Below are positions 1-13,319 of a stretch of DNA of 64,000 bases, piece after piece. The translations under genes and the position numbers were made by a program. The notes beneath the pieces were generated by a model. That model made no database searches. It was not told the origin of the DNA and was given only the letters and a program-made list of their open reading frames with translations. This DNA is from Octopus vulgaris. Taxonomy: Eukaryota. Numbering within the stretch: position 1 is the first letter of the stretch; each line of letters starts with the position of its first letter. Where the stretch lies: assembly GCA_951406725.2 (NCBI GenBank), contig OX597819.1, forward strand, positions 94,550,001 through 94,614,000, written 5' to 3'.

Positions 1-108
1 TAGATAAAATAAACTTAAGACCATGCTAAAGTACTATCTCCATTAGTGTTTGTGATATGCTAGTATATTGTTTATATCTCCTATTCCTGTGATGTCACTA
101 GTATTTGA

Positions 109-285
<177 letters not shown>

Positions 286-860
286 TAATGTAACTCGTTT
301 ACTATAGTAATAAGTTAGCGTAATTGTCTTTATTCAGCATAACATATAGAGAATAGAAAAATCTGTACAAAAGACTTTACCATAATATTTCTCATTTTAA
401 GGGAATTTTATCTATAGAATTCATTCTTTTTGTTCTATATTAATTTCTAACATTGGCACAAGACCACAGATTTAGGAAGAGAGTGCAGTCAATTAAACAA
501 CTCAAGTATTTGGCTGGTGCTATAAATTCATCAACCCCAAAAAAGGTTCTGATGATGAAATTTGGATGAAAAACAAAACTGACCTTTGCAAAATTTGAAT
601 TCAAAATGTGAAGGGTTTACAACTAGATACAAAGATGACTATTGGATAAAGAATTTCCAAGCAATTCAAGTGGTAAAAACCTATAGAAGATGGAACTAAT
701 GAAGTGTTGAAGGTTGACAAAGGAGTGCAACTGCTCATGCAAGCATAGAAAAATGGGCATATAGTGATGATGCATTGAATAAAAATATTATATTGAGTTT
801 CATTCCTTTACACCAAGGAGAACTTAGTCCTTCAAATTATAGAGATCACTAAATTAAGTA

Positions 861-1323
861 CAGTGATCCCTCACTACTTCGCGGTTCAACTATCGCAGAT
901 TCATGACTTCATAGATTTTTAAAATATATATGAACACCTAAAATTTTTCATTAAATCCATTAAAATATTAATATTATTTCCTAGTCTAGGAACAACAAAA
1001 CAAGTGTAAAATAGCAAAAAAGCATTTACAGGGGTATTTGAACTTAAGACGAGCAGTGATTGGTGCAATGGAGAGGCAACGAATCGCAGCTTTCTATTTT
1101 GTAATCTGGCCTGTGTAACAATCTTTATTTTTGTAAATCTAAAGTGTTATTGCTTAACAGTTGTCTTTGTTATTAATAGACTACTGTAATGGGTGGGTTG
1201 TTACCAGTACAGGGAGGATTATAAAAGTTCAAATACATGTTAAATAAATACTGTAAATATGGTGTCCCTACTTCGCAGAAATTCAGTTATCACCAATCTA
1301 CCATGATAAACAAGGGATCACTG
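861..1323. mobile_element. Tigger/pogo-like non-autonomous DNA transposon (MITE) in an ABCC intron
   Basis: TA|CAGTGATCCCT ... AGGGATCACTG|TA, i.e. terminal inverted repeats with a TA duplication. Confidence 0.85.
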
Positions 1324-1666
1324 TACAATGGAAGAGATAGTAAGTAAAGAAAATAGTTTGGGCGCAATGTTTCTGTATGGTCACAAATTCTAAAAACAGT
1401 AAAAGAAGGTAAAAGAGGCTCCTTACAATGATCAAACAATTCAAGTAAAACAAAGTTAGGATCAAAAACATGAAAAATGTGGAGGAATTTACACTACTTG
1501 TAATATCTGCAATATATAATTTACTAATCAAAGTTAAAGGGTTTAAAGCATTCAAAGAAACTTATGTCACAGGCTTCTTTAAAAAAAGGGATACCAAATA
1601 AAGACATACAAATTGGGTAAATAGCTCCATGGCAAAATAAGAAATTATCTTTCAGTTTAGAAGATT

Positions 1667-1882
1667 CATCATCATCATCGTTTAACATCTGTCTTCCATG
1701 CTGGCATGGGTTGGACAGTTTGATGGGAGCTGGCCAGGCAGAAGACTGCACCAGATTTGTCTGTTTTTGCACATGGAACCAGCACAGATGAGGTCAGTTT
1801 TGGCATGATTTTTTACATCTGTATGCCCTTCCAAATGCCAGCCATTTCACAGTATTGAAGCTTTTTATGTAACACCAGCAGA
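1667..1882 (-). repeat. Dispersed repeat, probable RTE-type LINE 3' tail ending in (ATG)n; related copies at ~24690-24880, ~62355-62390 and ~62896-63140
   Basis: The motif catcatcatcgtttaacrtcygyyttccatgctrgcatgggttggacrgttt recurs four times in the window. Confidence 0.65.
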
Positions 1883-2002
1883 ACTATCCTTTGGAATCAA
1901 TAATTCACAAGTGCTTCAGTGTGATGCCCATTGATATTGAGTTTAGTGTAGATCTGCTTTAGAATTTGGTCTTAAATACAGTGCAAGAAATTGATATGAT
2001 AG

Positions 2003-2272
<270 letters not shown>

Positions 2273-2847
2273 TAAGCCATTTCCCATTTATCTATTTTAC
2301 ACTCACCATCATAGCCTTTGTTTTGTTTCTCATATTGTATGTTGTTAATATTTTTTTTCTATTTCCCCTTCATCTTATTTTTTTTATATTGCAATCAGTG
2401 GGTGATAAAAATCATTTTGTTGCAAATTTACAAACTAATCACCAGTTAATTTTATTTTTGATGTTCAAACTGCCTCAGTACAGACTAAATATAACAAGTG
2501 AGGTATAGACAAGATGTTCATGTCTTTCCTTTGTCCATAATATAAATGCAGGATCATTGATTAAACCTTCTAAAGTGCACTCTGTGGTTTAATAGATACA
2601 GGTCACTGTGTGAAACTTCATTTATCAGTTAGCCATTAAAATTCTCTGGCATTCGGTTTATGATTACAAAAAAAAAAAAAAATTAGACCATTACTATAAG
2701 CATCTGGTTTTAGAATAGATATACTATATTCCTACATGTTGTAACAGGTAACTAAAAGGTAGGCAAAAGAAAGTACATTTGGCTGTAAAATGTTACTTAG
2801 GGAGCTCTGATAAGTTCAATAGAACTCACAAGGCTAACCTTTGATTT

Positions 2848-3082
2848 TTTTTTTGCGCCTTTTTCAAGCCTAGCCATGGCATATGTATGTCCCTCCTCCC
2901 CTAGCTGGATGGGTCACAAGAAAGAATGAGAGAAAGTTGGGGCAAAACAGTACAACAGGGGCCTCGTGGAGCTTTAGGTGTTTTCGCTCAATAAACACAC
3001 ACAACGCCCAGTCTGGGAATCGAAACTGCGATCCTCCGATCGCAAGTCCGCTGCCCTAACCACTGGGCCATTGTGCCTCCAC
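2848..3082 (-). mobile_element. tRNA-derived SINE in an ABCC intron
   Basis: Minus strand has an A box (TGGCCCAGTGG), a B-box-like GTTTCGATTCCC and an A tail. 12-bp TSD aacctttgattt at 2836-2847 and 3083-3094. Confidence 0.88.
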
Positions 3083-3377
3083 AACCTTTGATTTAGCTGG
3101 GGGAAATTGTTTTAAAGCATTTATTGTATAATATCCTTATCGTGGCTTATATTTGTGAGACAAGTTTAATAGTTGAACCAGCAAACTTTCAGAATTGCTA
3201 TTTCTACCTCATGGTGAAGGAAAATGGCAAGAAATTGTGATTGTTTAACAGTTTATTTACTAATCCTTTTATAAATAAAAAAAAATTGGCTGTCAAATTC
3301 TTTTCTTTACAAGTAAAATGAAAATATTGCATTATATAGGCTTAACAGTTATTTTGTATTTTTTCTTTTTCTCTCAG

Positions 3378-3498
3378 GATAATAGTAATGGACAAAGGCA
3401 GGATATGTGAGTTTGATTCACCTGCAGTACTTCTACAGAACAAAGACAGTCTTTTTTATAGTTTGGCAAAAGCTGCTGATCTGGTCACAGAACAGTGA
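3378..3498 (+). CDS. ABCC1: ABCC/MRP1-like transporter, last coding exon
   Basis: Polypyrimidine tract plus ctctcag|G, phase 2. Encodes [40 protein letters not shown], with TGA at 3496-3498. Confidence 0.93.
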
Positions 3499-6400
3499 CA
3501 TTAATCTAGTTCTGTTATGGCTCCTTAGTCATTTCTACTGTAATTTATTGGCTTTGGCTGTATATCTGATACCATCCAGTGACTTTTATATACAATGGTG
3601 ACTTTTTTTTTAAATTGCATATGATAATATTTTTATATGTAATTTTTAAAATTTGTTGAATCTGTTTTGTTACTTTTTTTTAATTTTCACTAAAACACTT
3701 GAGAAAAAAAAATTATTTTCAAACAACTGGACTGTGTGTATATTCAGTTTATTGAGAGGTATGCATTACTTGGATTATTAAACTCTTCCATTTTCTAAGA
3801 TGATATTTTTTCCAAACCACTAATCTCCTCTTCAGATTCATTATTTGCATCTACATTATGTTACAGTTGATTTGATCTCTGATCAAATATCTTATTTCTC
3901 AATGTGCTTCAGCATGGCCACAGTCAAATGACTGAAGAAAGTACAAAAATAGAACTGAATTCAAACTAAAGACCTGGTGGATAATGTTATACTTTTAATA
4001 TTTACAATAAGGATATTTCTTAGGTTGTTAGTTACAGAAATATAATCTTATTAACTCATCTCTGACATTTAATCATCCACTTCATACCTACATTGATAAA
4101 TTATCTGTATAACCCCAGGACCTATGATCAAATGTATCCAATCCATAGCCAATTTTTTTTCTTCTCCAAGAGCTAGATTATCCAATGTGTTCTCTTTATT
4201 TAAGATGGTACTATTTGGTATTATCTTAGTTCTGGCACTATTTGATAGATTGCAAGGCTTAAGTTTTTAGTTGTGTGTTTTACTTGCCAAGAGTGCAAGG
4301 TACCAAACTGCTTCTTATGCTATGCAGTGATTACATTGGTACTGTTTAAAAATAAGGCTACTATATTGTCTGATTTGGCTACGGCTTAAAAACTTAAGTA
4401 AAGATTTAAGTAAAGTTTTAATTTTAGCTGAATGGTACGTAGATTATTGTATACAGAAAGAGAGAGATCTTATGACAATCAGAGAATAAAACAATTGAAA
4501 TGAAAATAATGTTGACACACAGTCTAATCACTGTATACCATAAGTAATAAATAAACCCTTTCAGAAACATCTTATCTTATTTCGAGTTTACTCTTTACCA
4601 TAGCTACAAAAGTTAAGTGCATTTTTTTTTCTTTAGTGATAGGTGTTACTCAGCCATATTAATGACAGAAATAAGTGCAACTTGAAAAAAATAAACCAAG
4701 TTGCAGATTTGATTCATCTACAACAATAGGTAAATATCCACAATATTTAACTTTGAACAACAAAGGAAAAGTAAAGACATAAATGCCTACTCTATTTGTT
4801 TCATTAGGAAAATATGGAGAACCTTTTTCTTTATTTAATTTTGTAATTTTTATCAAGCTTATTGTGTTGCTCGGGGCCTTAACCTATCAGTCTAAGAATA
4901 TGGAAGAGATTGTTCATTAGTAGATGTGAAGAGAATACACTGTGTATATACAATTGTATCTTATAAAGATGCTATCTTAATGATTAGAATATGGTTTCTA
5001 TATATTAAAAAAAAATAAGTGGTTATTTTAGTGCTACTGTAAAATCTCAGGGAACAAAGTCTGTGACCCAATTTCAATTCCTAGTTTGATCACTTGTCTT
5101 GAAATAGGGTTGAACATCACATGGCATGGAAAACAAATTTGTTTAAGAATTAGGTTAAGTTTGGATGTATGCATTATTATAGTTGAACTAAGTTTTATCT
5201 TAGGGGGCATGAGGATTCGGTTGTATCCTCTATACACATATTTGGGATTTTTGAAATTAGGTTCATATATTTGCATTCAACACAAAGAAATCACAGAATT
5301 TTCTATTTAGTATTGAGTAACTAACTTCTCCCCAAACATACACATCTTCATTAGAACAAAGCGACTGCCAATTGTAAGTAATCAATACTCAAATAAGAGG
5401 ACATCAAAGATAGTGACTTGGGGTATTTAATTAGGTCTGTTTTGCATTTTGGGTTCAAATCTTATCAAGGCCAATTTTACCTTTCCAGAAAGTGTGAGGT
5501 CAGTGAAATAAAGTACCTATGAAACAGAGTGGGATATGCCTGTTCCTCAAATTTGCAGCTATATGTCAAGGTTAGGTATCAGCATTGATTACTAACCAAG
5601 CAGAGTACAACTGATTGAACTGATCTCAATATAATATATAAGTGCTTATTTTATCAACTTTCTTCCATCTCCCAAGTGGTTAAAAAGGTAAACATTTATA
5701 GGGGTGGAAGGATGTGAAATCAAAACATGACAAAGGTATTTTATTTGGTATTACCATGTCTGTCATGTCATTACTCTGGTGTGGCCTAAGATACTTTATA
5801 GATGAGCTAGGTTGTCGTCATAGATTCTACCACATATGCAAGCAGTAATTTGAGCAGATAGGGTTGACTAGAGAGATAAAAATAAAACTTTTTTTTTTAA
5901 ATGCTGCAACAGTCTTTCTATGCAAGTGAGATGTTTATCCATTCATATTACTATATATTAGGCATTTGCGCAATGAGTAATGTTGAGATTATTTTTTAGT
6001 CAAAGAGCCAAATTCAAAACTGATGAACAGGAAAAGGTTAAGTGTAAATTTTAATAATAGTTAATTAAAATATACATATATACAAATATTCAGTATTTTT
6101 TTACAAAATTAACATTGTCATAAAAATAAAACATACAAATTAGATATTTTTTTTACAAAATATTTTTTTAAATTGATATCTCATTAGTAATTTAGAATGA
6201 CTTTACATATGAAATACAAAAGATTGTAAATAAAACTTGTGGTTTGAATATTTGGAGTTTTGATAACAATGCAAAAAAAAAAAAAATTACATTTTTTAAA
6301 ATTCAGTTTTTCTTGTCTGATATTAATGTTAAAAAAAAAAACAAATAAATATCAATAATCCAACATACAAATTATCAACAAAAATCTGAATTGTTTTCAT

Positions 6401-8537
6401 TTTGAAGAATTTAAAAATGTAAAAGTGATTGGGTTAAATGGCATTGAGTAAATGATAAATTAGAAATATATCAGTTTGAGGTAGCAAGTTATAGTTTCAT
6501 TTTTTTTTTGCCTTGCTGTGTGTGTGTGTGTTTGAGTATATGTTTACATTACATTCCATTCACTGCTGGGAGAAAAGTCTTGTCTTGCTAAATATCAAAA
6601 TGGAAATAAACTGAAATGTAATATTACAAATTTTGTTATAATTTTCTTCCTAAAAATATATACTTGAATTAAAAAAAGTATTTAGGTCCAGCACTTAAAA
6701 CTCTGGCTGTTACTGCAGTAAGCACTTAGATAAATACTCTAGACTATCGCAACTTAGCTTCAATTCTCTTAGTGGTAAAGAAGTATTTAATGACAAGATC
6801 CTCAATTCTAAAGAAACCATCAACAATGTTCACTATCTTAGCTACTCGACAATTTCACTTGTTTACTAAAGTAATGGATAGACATATCTTGTTCTAAATA
6901 TGTGAAAATTTACACAAGAAATATAATTGCTTTCCATATAGGTACTAAATCACATATTTTGAGAGACAATTCAGTCAATTTAATCAAGCCTTTTATTTCG
7001 GTAGGGCTTAACTGTGTTCATGAAAAGATGTTTAAGATACATGATAGATAAGACCACCAAGGTAAACTCGGTCACATTTTTCTTACCTAATCTTATCAGA
7101 TGAAAAAAAAAAAAATGATAAAGACTAACAATATTGTAGACAACTTATATAATTGATGATAATATCAAGCAGGGTTAATTCCAGTCATTAACCCTATTCA
7201 GAGGCATCGTTTGATAACTTAAACATGATAAAACTGTATGACAAATCCAACACTTATCAAACAACACTCATGAGATGATTCAACTTCACTATTCCTATGG
7301 CTTGCAGTAGCCATCTGTACCTACCCTTCTACTGATAGACTCTTGTCAATGCACACAACACATCAATTAATAGAATACAAGCAATAATGGCCACACTTTG
7401 CAAAATAAAACCATATGCGTTGATCTAGAGTCTCAAATTATACAAAATTGAATGCAACAATAGATTTAAGCTTTTCTTTCATAAGTACACATATTGTTAT
7501 CATTTAGCTTGTGAGTTTTCACATACCACTACCTTACAGCTATGTCTCTGGACCTATAATTCTATTGTCACTTAGCATTGATTGAAATTGAAAGAGGTGA
7601 ATGGCTCAAGCAAACGCTTTGATAAAGGCATGTGAGCTCAACCTTGTGAAGTCTTTTTTTTTTTTCTTAAATACATAAGCATATGGTCGATCTGTACTTG
7701 TATATAGACCTTCGTAAGCCGATTCTACACAACACATTTAAGACATACTGACTCACATATAGCAATTCACTTCCTCACTCATCGAAATATTTGTCTATTG
7801 ACAAATATTAAATTTCTAGAATTGATACACATAAATGTTCTAATTGAACAGAACATTTATTAAAACAAAAAATTAATGAACATCCAGTTTTTGCTTCAGC
7901 TGTAATATCAAACAATTCAATTAGTGCCTTAAAAATAAAGGAATCGAACAGAGCAAGGATTTTTCGTATAGGAGTGTTTTAACTGTTGTTTCAATATAAT
8001 CAAACTTTTTTGCAGCTATGGAAAAAATTGGCTCAAATGAAAGAAAGCTAAATACTAATCATTAAAAATAAGATTTTTTTTTTTGTTCTAATTTTCTTCA
8101 TATATTGGTATTTTAGCAGTTGATTTCCTATTTGAATTGCCTCACTTATCAATCTGGCAATAAATATATAAATTTTTTGTTAATGCTCGTTAAAAAGATC
8201 AATGTAGACCACAAACTATCAAAAGGACTCAGTGCTGGCTAGCCAAGTGAATTACATAATTTAACTAAAAACATTAAATTTTTTACTTTTATACCGGTTT
8301 CTCCTCTATGAGACTTTTTTAAGCATTGGTAAAATACAGTCAAGAAAGTATATAGAATGCAAGAAAGTATACAAGTCCCTTAATATTTTATATTCAATAT
8401 TTCATCTATTCAATAAGACAATACTTCATTTCATTTTACTATATATTCTATATTAATTTTATAAAGAATATAAATAAAACAAAAACAGAGTTGGAATTCC
8501 TTTAAATAATATATATCCCTCTATACACAATCATACA

Positions 8538-8852
8538 AACCCCTTTATATGGGATTACACCTAGAAAGTTCCCTCACAAGGCATAAGTCCAGGCTAGGTT
8601 GTTTATGGACAACCAGCAATTGCCCATACATACCAGCCACCCCTCTCCATACCACCAATGTTATCCAAGGGAAAGACAAAGACCAATACAGCTTGACACC
8701 AGTGACATCATAATTCATTTCAACAGCTGAGTGAATTGGAGCAACATGAAACAAAGTGTCTTGCTCAAGAACAATACACAGCCCCGTCTGGAAATCGAAC
8801 ACACTACCTCATGATTGTGAGCCTGACTCTAACAACTGAGCCATGTGCCTTC
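8538..8852 (-). mobile_element. tRNA-derived SINE, older copy of the family at 37663
   Basis: Head GCACATGGCTCAGTTGTTAGAG...GTTCGATTTCC; body is colinear with 37663-37991. Confidence 0.82.
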
Positions 8853-9199
8853 ATACACACACCATTCTGTGTCAATATAGAACAGAACCATGACAAAGTA
8901 CTATATATTAAAAAGATGTGAAAATTATAATAAAAGGAAAGAGAATTAGAAAATAAAAAGATTGATACATTAAATCTTGGCAATTTATCCTCAGGTTGAC
9001 TTCTAGAAAATGGTTAGCACATTCACTTTCTAGCATTTTCAATATTAATAGAATGTTATCTTTATTTCATTAAATCAATTTTATTTAATATAGTGAATTA
9101 CATTATTAGGTTTAAAGAGGTTTTAAAATGTTATTGGAAGGCTATAAGAAATATGTTAGTGACTCCAAACTTAGAGCTAGAAGAATTCAGAGAAATAAA

Positions 9200-10190
9200 T
9201 CATCTAGAAAAGATGCTGAGCAGATACAGCAGTTCTGGGATGAAGGGTCAGTGCCACAGAACTTCAAGATGCCAACATCGTGCATCTGTACAAGAACACG
9301 GGGGGACAGAGCTTCATGCGACAACCACAGAAGCATCTCATTGCTAAGCATTGCAGGAAAGATCATGGCCCGTGTTTTTATGAACCGCATCACACACCAC
9401 CTGCTGGATGACATGGTCTCAGAGAGCTAGTGTGGATTTAGGAACAACAGGGGGACAATTGATATGGTCTTTGCAGCACGGCAGATACAAGAGAAGTGCC
9501 AAAAACAAAACCAGAACCTCTACATCTGGAAAGGAAAGATATGGAAACTCAAAGATCTACCACAGTCAGAAATTTAGAAACATTCTAGTCAAAGTTTTTT
9601 TAGCAAAAAGAAGGTGATACAGGCATAGAATATGGCAGACAACTGGAAGTTCCTACAGGACAACCTACAAAATCTGTAGCTGGAACAAAGACCACACTAG
9701 ACTGAAGGAGATGTAGTGCAACAGTGAGATAGAATAGAACTATAAAAATGAAAAAACAGGATTGGAAGAATGGGAGCAATAAGGAAATATGCCAGATAAG
9801 AGAAACCAAGCAACAAGTTTACATAGCAAAAAAAGGGGTAGAAAGAAAATTTGGCTATGTTCTACAGTGTGAGTATCAGAGGCTCAAGGTGCTCAGATTG
9901 CAAGATAGTGTAGCTCAGAAAATCAAGATGTCATAGATGAGAAGTGTATTCAGATAGATAATGGTATGTTTGCATTTAGTGATCCTGAAAAGAAAAAGCA
10001 TGAAAGGCTTTCAAAAATGGAGATTGTCTATGAGAAAGAGGATCTTCCCAGTGTGGATCCAACAGAGATACCAGTTATCCAAGTTGATAGCAATATGATA
10101 AATCAAAAAAGATACGAAGATAAAGGAAAAACCTATTAGGAATTGCTGCTGAGATGCTTAAAATATCTGGTGGAGTAGGATACAGTTTGT
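9200..10190 (+). mobile_element. Decayed RTE-clade LINE fragments
   Basis: Translates WDEGSVPQNFK...GDRASCDNHRSISLLSIAGKIMARV...GFRNNRGTIDMVFAARQIQEKC, homologous to the RTE at 56770-57105. A second degenerate RTE-like stretch follows. Confidence 0.75.
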
Positions 10191-10419
10191 GAAACTACCC
10201 CAGACACATTATCAACAATATATCAGGTTGAGTAAAAAGGTAAGCAACGTTTTGAACCATGAAGAATTTGTACCAGATTTTTGCTAGTTTTGAATTTTTT
10301 TTGTAACATTTTTTTGCAATTGTCTGATTATACAGACTTGCCCAAATGCATCAATAAATTTAAATTGACATTTTTCACTTTTGTAACAATCATCTGTTTT
10401 TCTGGATATTGAATAACGT

Positions 10420-13318
10420 TTAGAGATCTGTAGGCGGGTTTAAATAATTGTTGCCTGTTGCAGGATTCATTGTTGTTTTATTGTTGTAGCCGTTGAGTTT
10501 TTAATTAATGGCTTGTAATATTGTTACCCTCCTCCACGGGGGAAGGATTTGTATAAACTGATTTTTTTTACCTCATTGTAGAGGGAACGGATAAATTTTG
10601 AGTGCCACTATGGCATCAACTGCGGAAGCAGTAGCCACGCCGGCACCTATTAATTACGCCACTGCCGTTGGTCAGCAAGAGGAAATCATTACCTTGAAAA
10701 AGGCTGAAATACAACTTTTGTTTGGCAAAATAACTGAAAGCAACAGGGAAAGTAATTCCCCGCCCCCTGAAATAACTACCTGCAGACGGGAAAGAACTGT
10801 AATATATAAAATGTTCTGCTTAAAAAGAAAGAAAGTGAGACGGTTTGAGGAGGAAGATAGAGGAGTGCCTCGGGTCAGTAATGAAGGATATTGCCTTCCT
10901 GACCCGAGGTAACAAGTACGCAACAGTCGAAGCAGGGTTCGAGTCAGCTGGAAAGGCTGAGGATTATTCCGCTCGGACCTTGCAGAATGACAAAATGGCA
11001 CTATTACCATTATATCTGGGACGCAGGACATCCCAGATAAAAATCATGAATATCCCTCCTGGTGTTGAGGTAGCATGGGTTGTTGTCATACTCCTCTTCA
11101 ATAGAGAAGAAAAACTGGAGGTAATCCAGATAAAAAGATGTCTCCCAGAATTGGAAAGGACAATCTTTGGAAATCCTGGTACAGGCTACACCTGCAGACT
11201 TAGAAGAGCTCCCCGATAGAATACAGATTGCAGAGAAGTCAGCCTTAATCATAAATGTGGAAGGGAGAAAACCTTGGTGCTTCCGGTGCAGAAGGAAGGG
11301 ACACCAGAGGGCCGTGTGTGGGCCTCCCAAGGTGAAAGGTGGGGAGAACTTCCTTCTCCCCACCAACGAGAAAGTGGCAAAAGTGGTAGCCCCAGCCAAG
11401 GAGGCCATTACCTAGGGGGCTACCACCAACAGTAAGACCAACAACGAGAAGGTGATAGCCCCGGCCAAGGAGGCCATTACCCAGAGGGCTACCACCAGTA
11501 AAAAAGTAACCAGTGAGGAGCAGGTGGTAGCCCAGGCCAAGGAGGCCATTAACCAAGGGGCTACCACCAGCAGTGACGGGGTGACGGCCCAGGAAGAGGA
11601 TGGCAAAATGGAGTTCCAGGTGGTCTCAAGAAAAAGACCAAAAGCAGTAATATCGGAAAAGAATAAACCCCCTCCCAAAAAGGGAAAAGAAAATCATAAA
11701 GGTAGCCAGAAGGACCACAGCTGAAAAACTGATAGAAAGTAAAGGAACAACTGAAGAGGTGGCCTGGTACAGGCCATCAAACCTGTGGGGAAAAAAAAAC
11801 GGAAACGGTAATGGTAGTGTTTAGAAACACCAACACTTATTTGGTGGGTGTGATTGTGCCCAATATGCAATAAGGAATCTTCCAGAGTGATGTTGAAGGA
11901 GTCCTCACTTACAGAAGAATCTCAAGGAAGTTATACAATGACATGAAAAAGATACACCCAAAAGACATTGCAGAGCTTGGGTCACTGCAAAAAATAATCA
12001 ACCCGCCGGATGAACCAAGCCTGGAGGAAAGTGGCAAAGTTAACTCAGTCACCCTCAGGCATATACCTTAGGAAAGGTAAGCCGTTTCTTTTCCTTTTGA
12101 GAAAAGGCTACACTTAGCATAGGCTGTTTGAATGTATATGGCCTAGATTCGAAGTGGAAGCAGGCCTGTTTCCTCAATGACCCCGGGGATAGGTCTCAAG
12201 GATTTGATGGTTTGCCTTACGAATTTTATAAAAGTATGCCAGACTTGTTCAGGGAAATACTGGCTGTGGTGGGCGACCTGATTGGGGAGGCGCAAACCTG
12301 TACCATCCCAGGAAGGACGATACACAATAACCTTCATCTTATACGCTACACCTTAGATCGGGTTAGTCAAGTTCCTGGTGCACTGGTGAATTTGGACCAG
12401 TCTAAGGCATTCGATAGAATGGACCATCGGTATCTGGAGGCTGTCCTCACAGCAGCTTACCTTTCGTGGCTGGATCAGTGCTATGTATAGCAACATCAAG
12501 TCTGTGGTCTGGGTGAATAGTTTCTTCTCGGAGCCATTTGCAATCAAGTGTTCGGTTCAACAGGGTTGTCCTGTCTCCACTTCTGTACATACTGGCTCTT
12601 GAGCCATTGCTGTGGAGGTTGGAGGCAACTGAGGGCCATCCTCGTGATCTGTGTTATGGAAGAGACGTGATGGCATGTGCAGACGATGTCACCATCATCA
12701 TGTCAGACGAAGGGCAGCTACCTTTGGTAGAAGACCATCGAAAGATACGAGATGGTGGCAGGTGCAAAAATTAACCAAGAAAAATCAGTTGGTTTGCAGC
12801 TCAGCACCTGGAGAGGCAAGCCAACTCCTCCCAACAGTACCGTGAGTCGCTGGACAGAGGGTCCTGTTAAATTGCTCGGGGTCTGTTTCAATCCAGACCT
12901 CCTGATAGAGAAAAACTGGAGTGAGGTCACAGGCAAGGTGACTGCCCTAACCCAGGCCTGGTTTGGAAGGACATTATCCTTGCTAGGGTGGGCAGGGGTT
13001 GTACAGGTGTTTATTGCATCTGTAATAACCTACTGCCTGACCGTCGTGCTTTGCCCCAATTTGTGGATGAACAAGTTTGGACAGCTTCTATTCCGCTTTT
13101 TGTGGAGTGGGAGACCACCACTTGTGAGGCACTCTATCTGCTGCCAAAACCCGTTAGAGGGTGGGTTAGGGATGCATTGAGGGTGAGACATCTTTGGCTT
13201 TACCTGGATGATGAATGGGTGTGGTCAAGTTCTTTCTACAATTGGAGTCCCTGCGGGACTTGGGTCCATGGATCATGCAAAGACCTAGAATGGGTGATTC
13301 GTACAAAGAGTGCAGACA
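10420..13318 (+). mobile_element. L1/Tx1-clade LINE copy A: ORF1 plus internally deleted ORF2 (pseudogenised)
   Basis: ORF1 has RGNKYATVE and the CCHC knuckle CFRCRRKGHQRAVC. ORF2 pieces are DGLPYEFY, LDQSKAFDR, ACADD and GGLGM. Boundaries approximate. Confidence 0.85.
11363..11572 (+). repeat. Three tandem ~65-bp repeats inside ORF1 of copy A
   Basis: The unit ...gtggtagcccc(a/g)gccaaggaggccattacc..ggggctaccacca occurs three times (VVAPAKEAIT). Confidence 0.85.
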
Positions 13319-13319
13319 G

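Noticed and set aside
4600-8500. Short ORFs in the AT-rich region after the ABCC gene
   Set aside because: No recognisable motifs or consistent splice structure; these are chance ORFs.
11363-11572. CRISPR-like repeat-spacer array
   Set aside because: It is a coding tandem repeat within a LINE ORF1 in eukaryotic DNA, with no unique spacers or cas genes.
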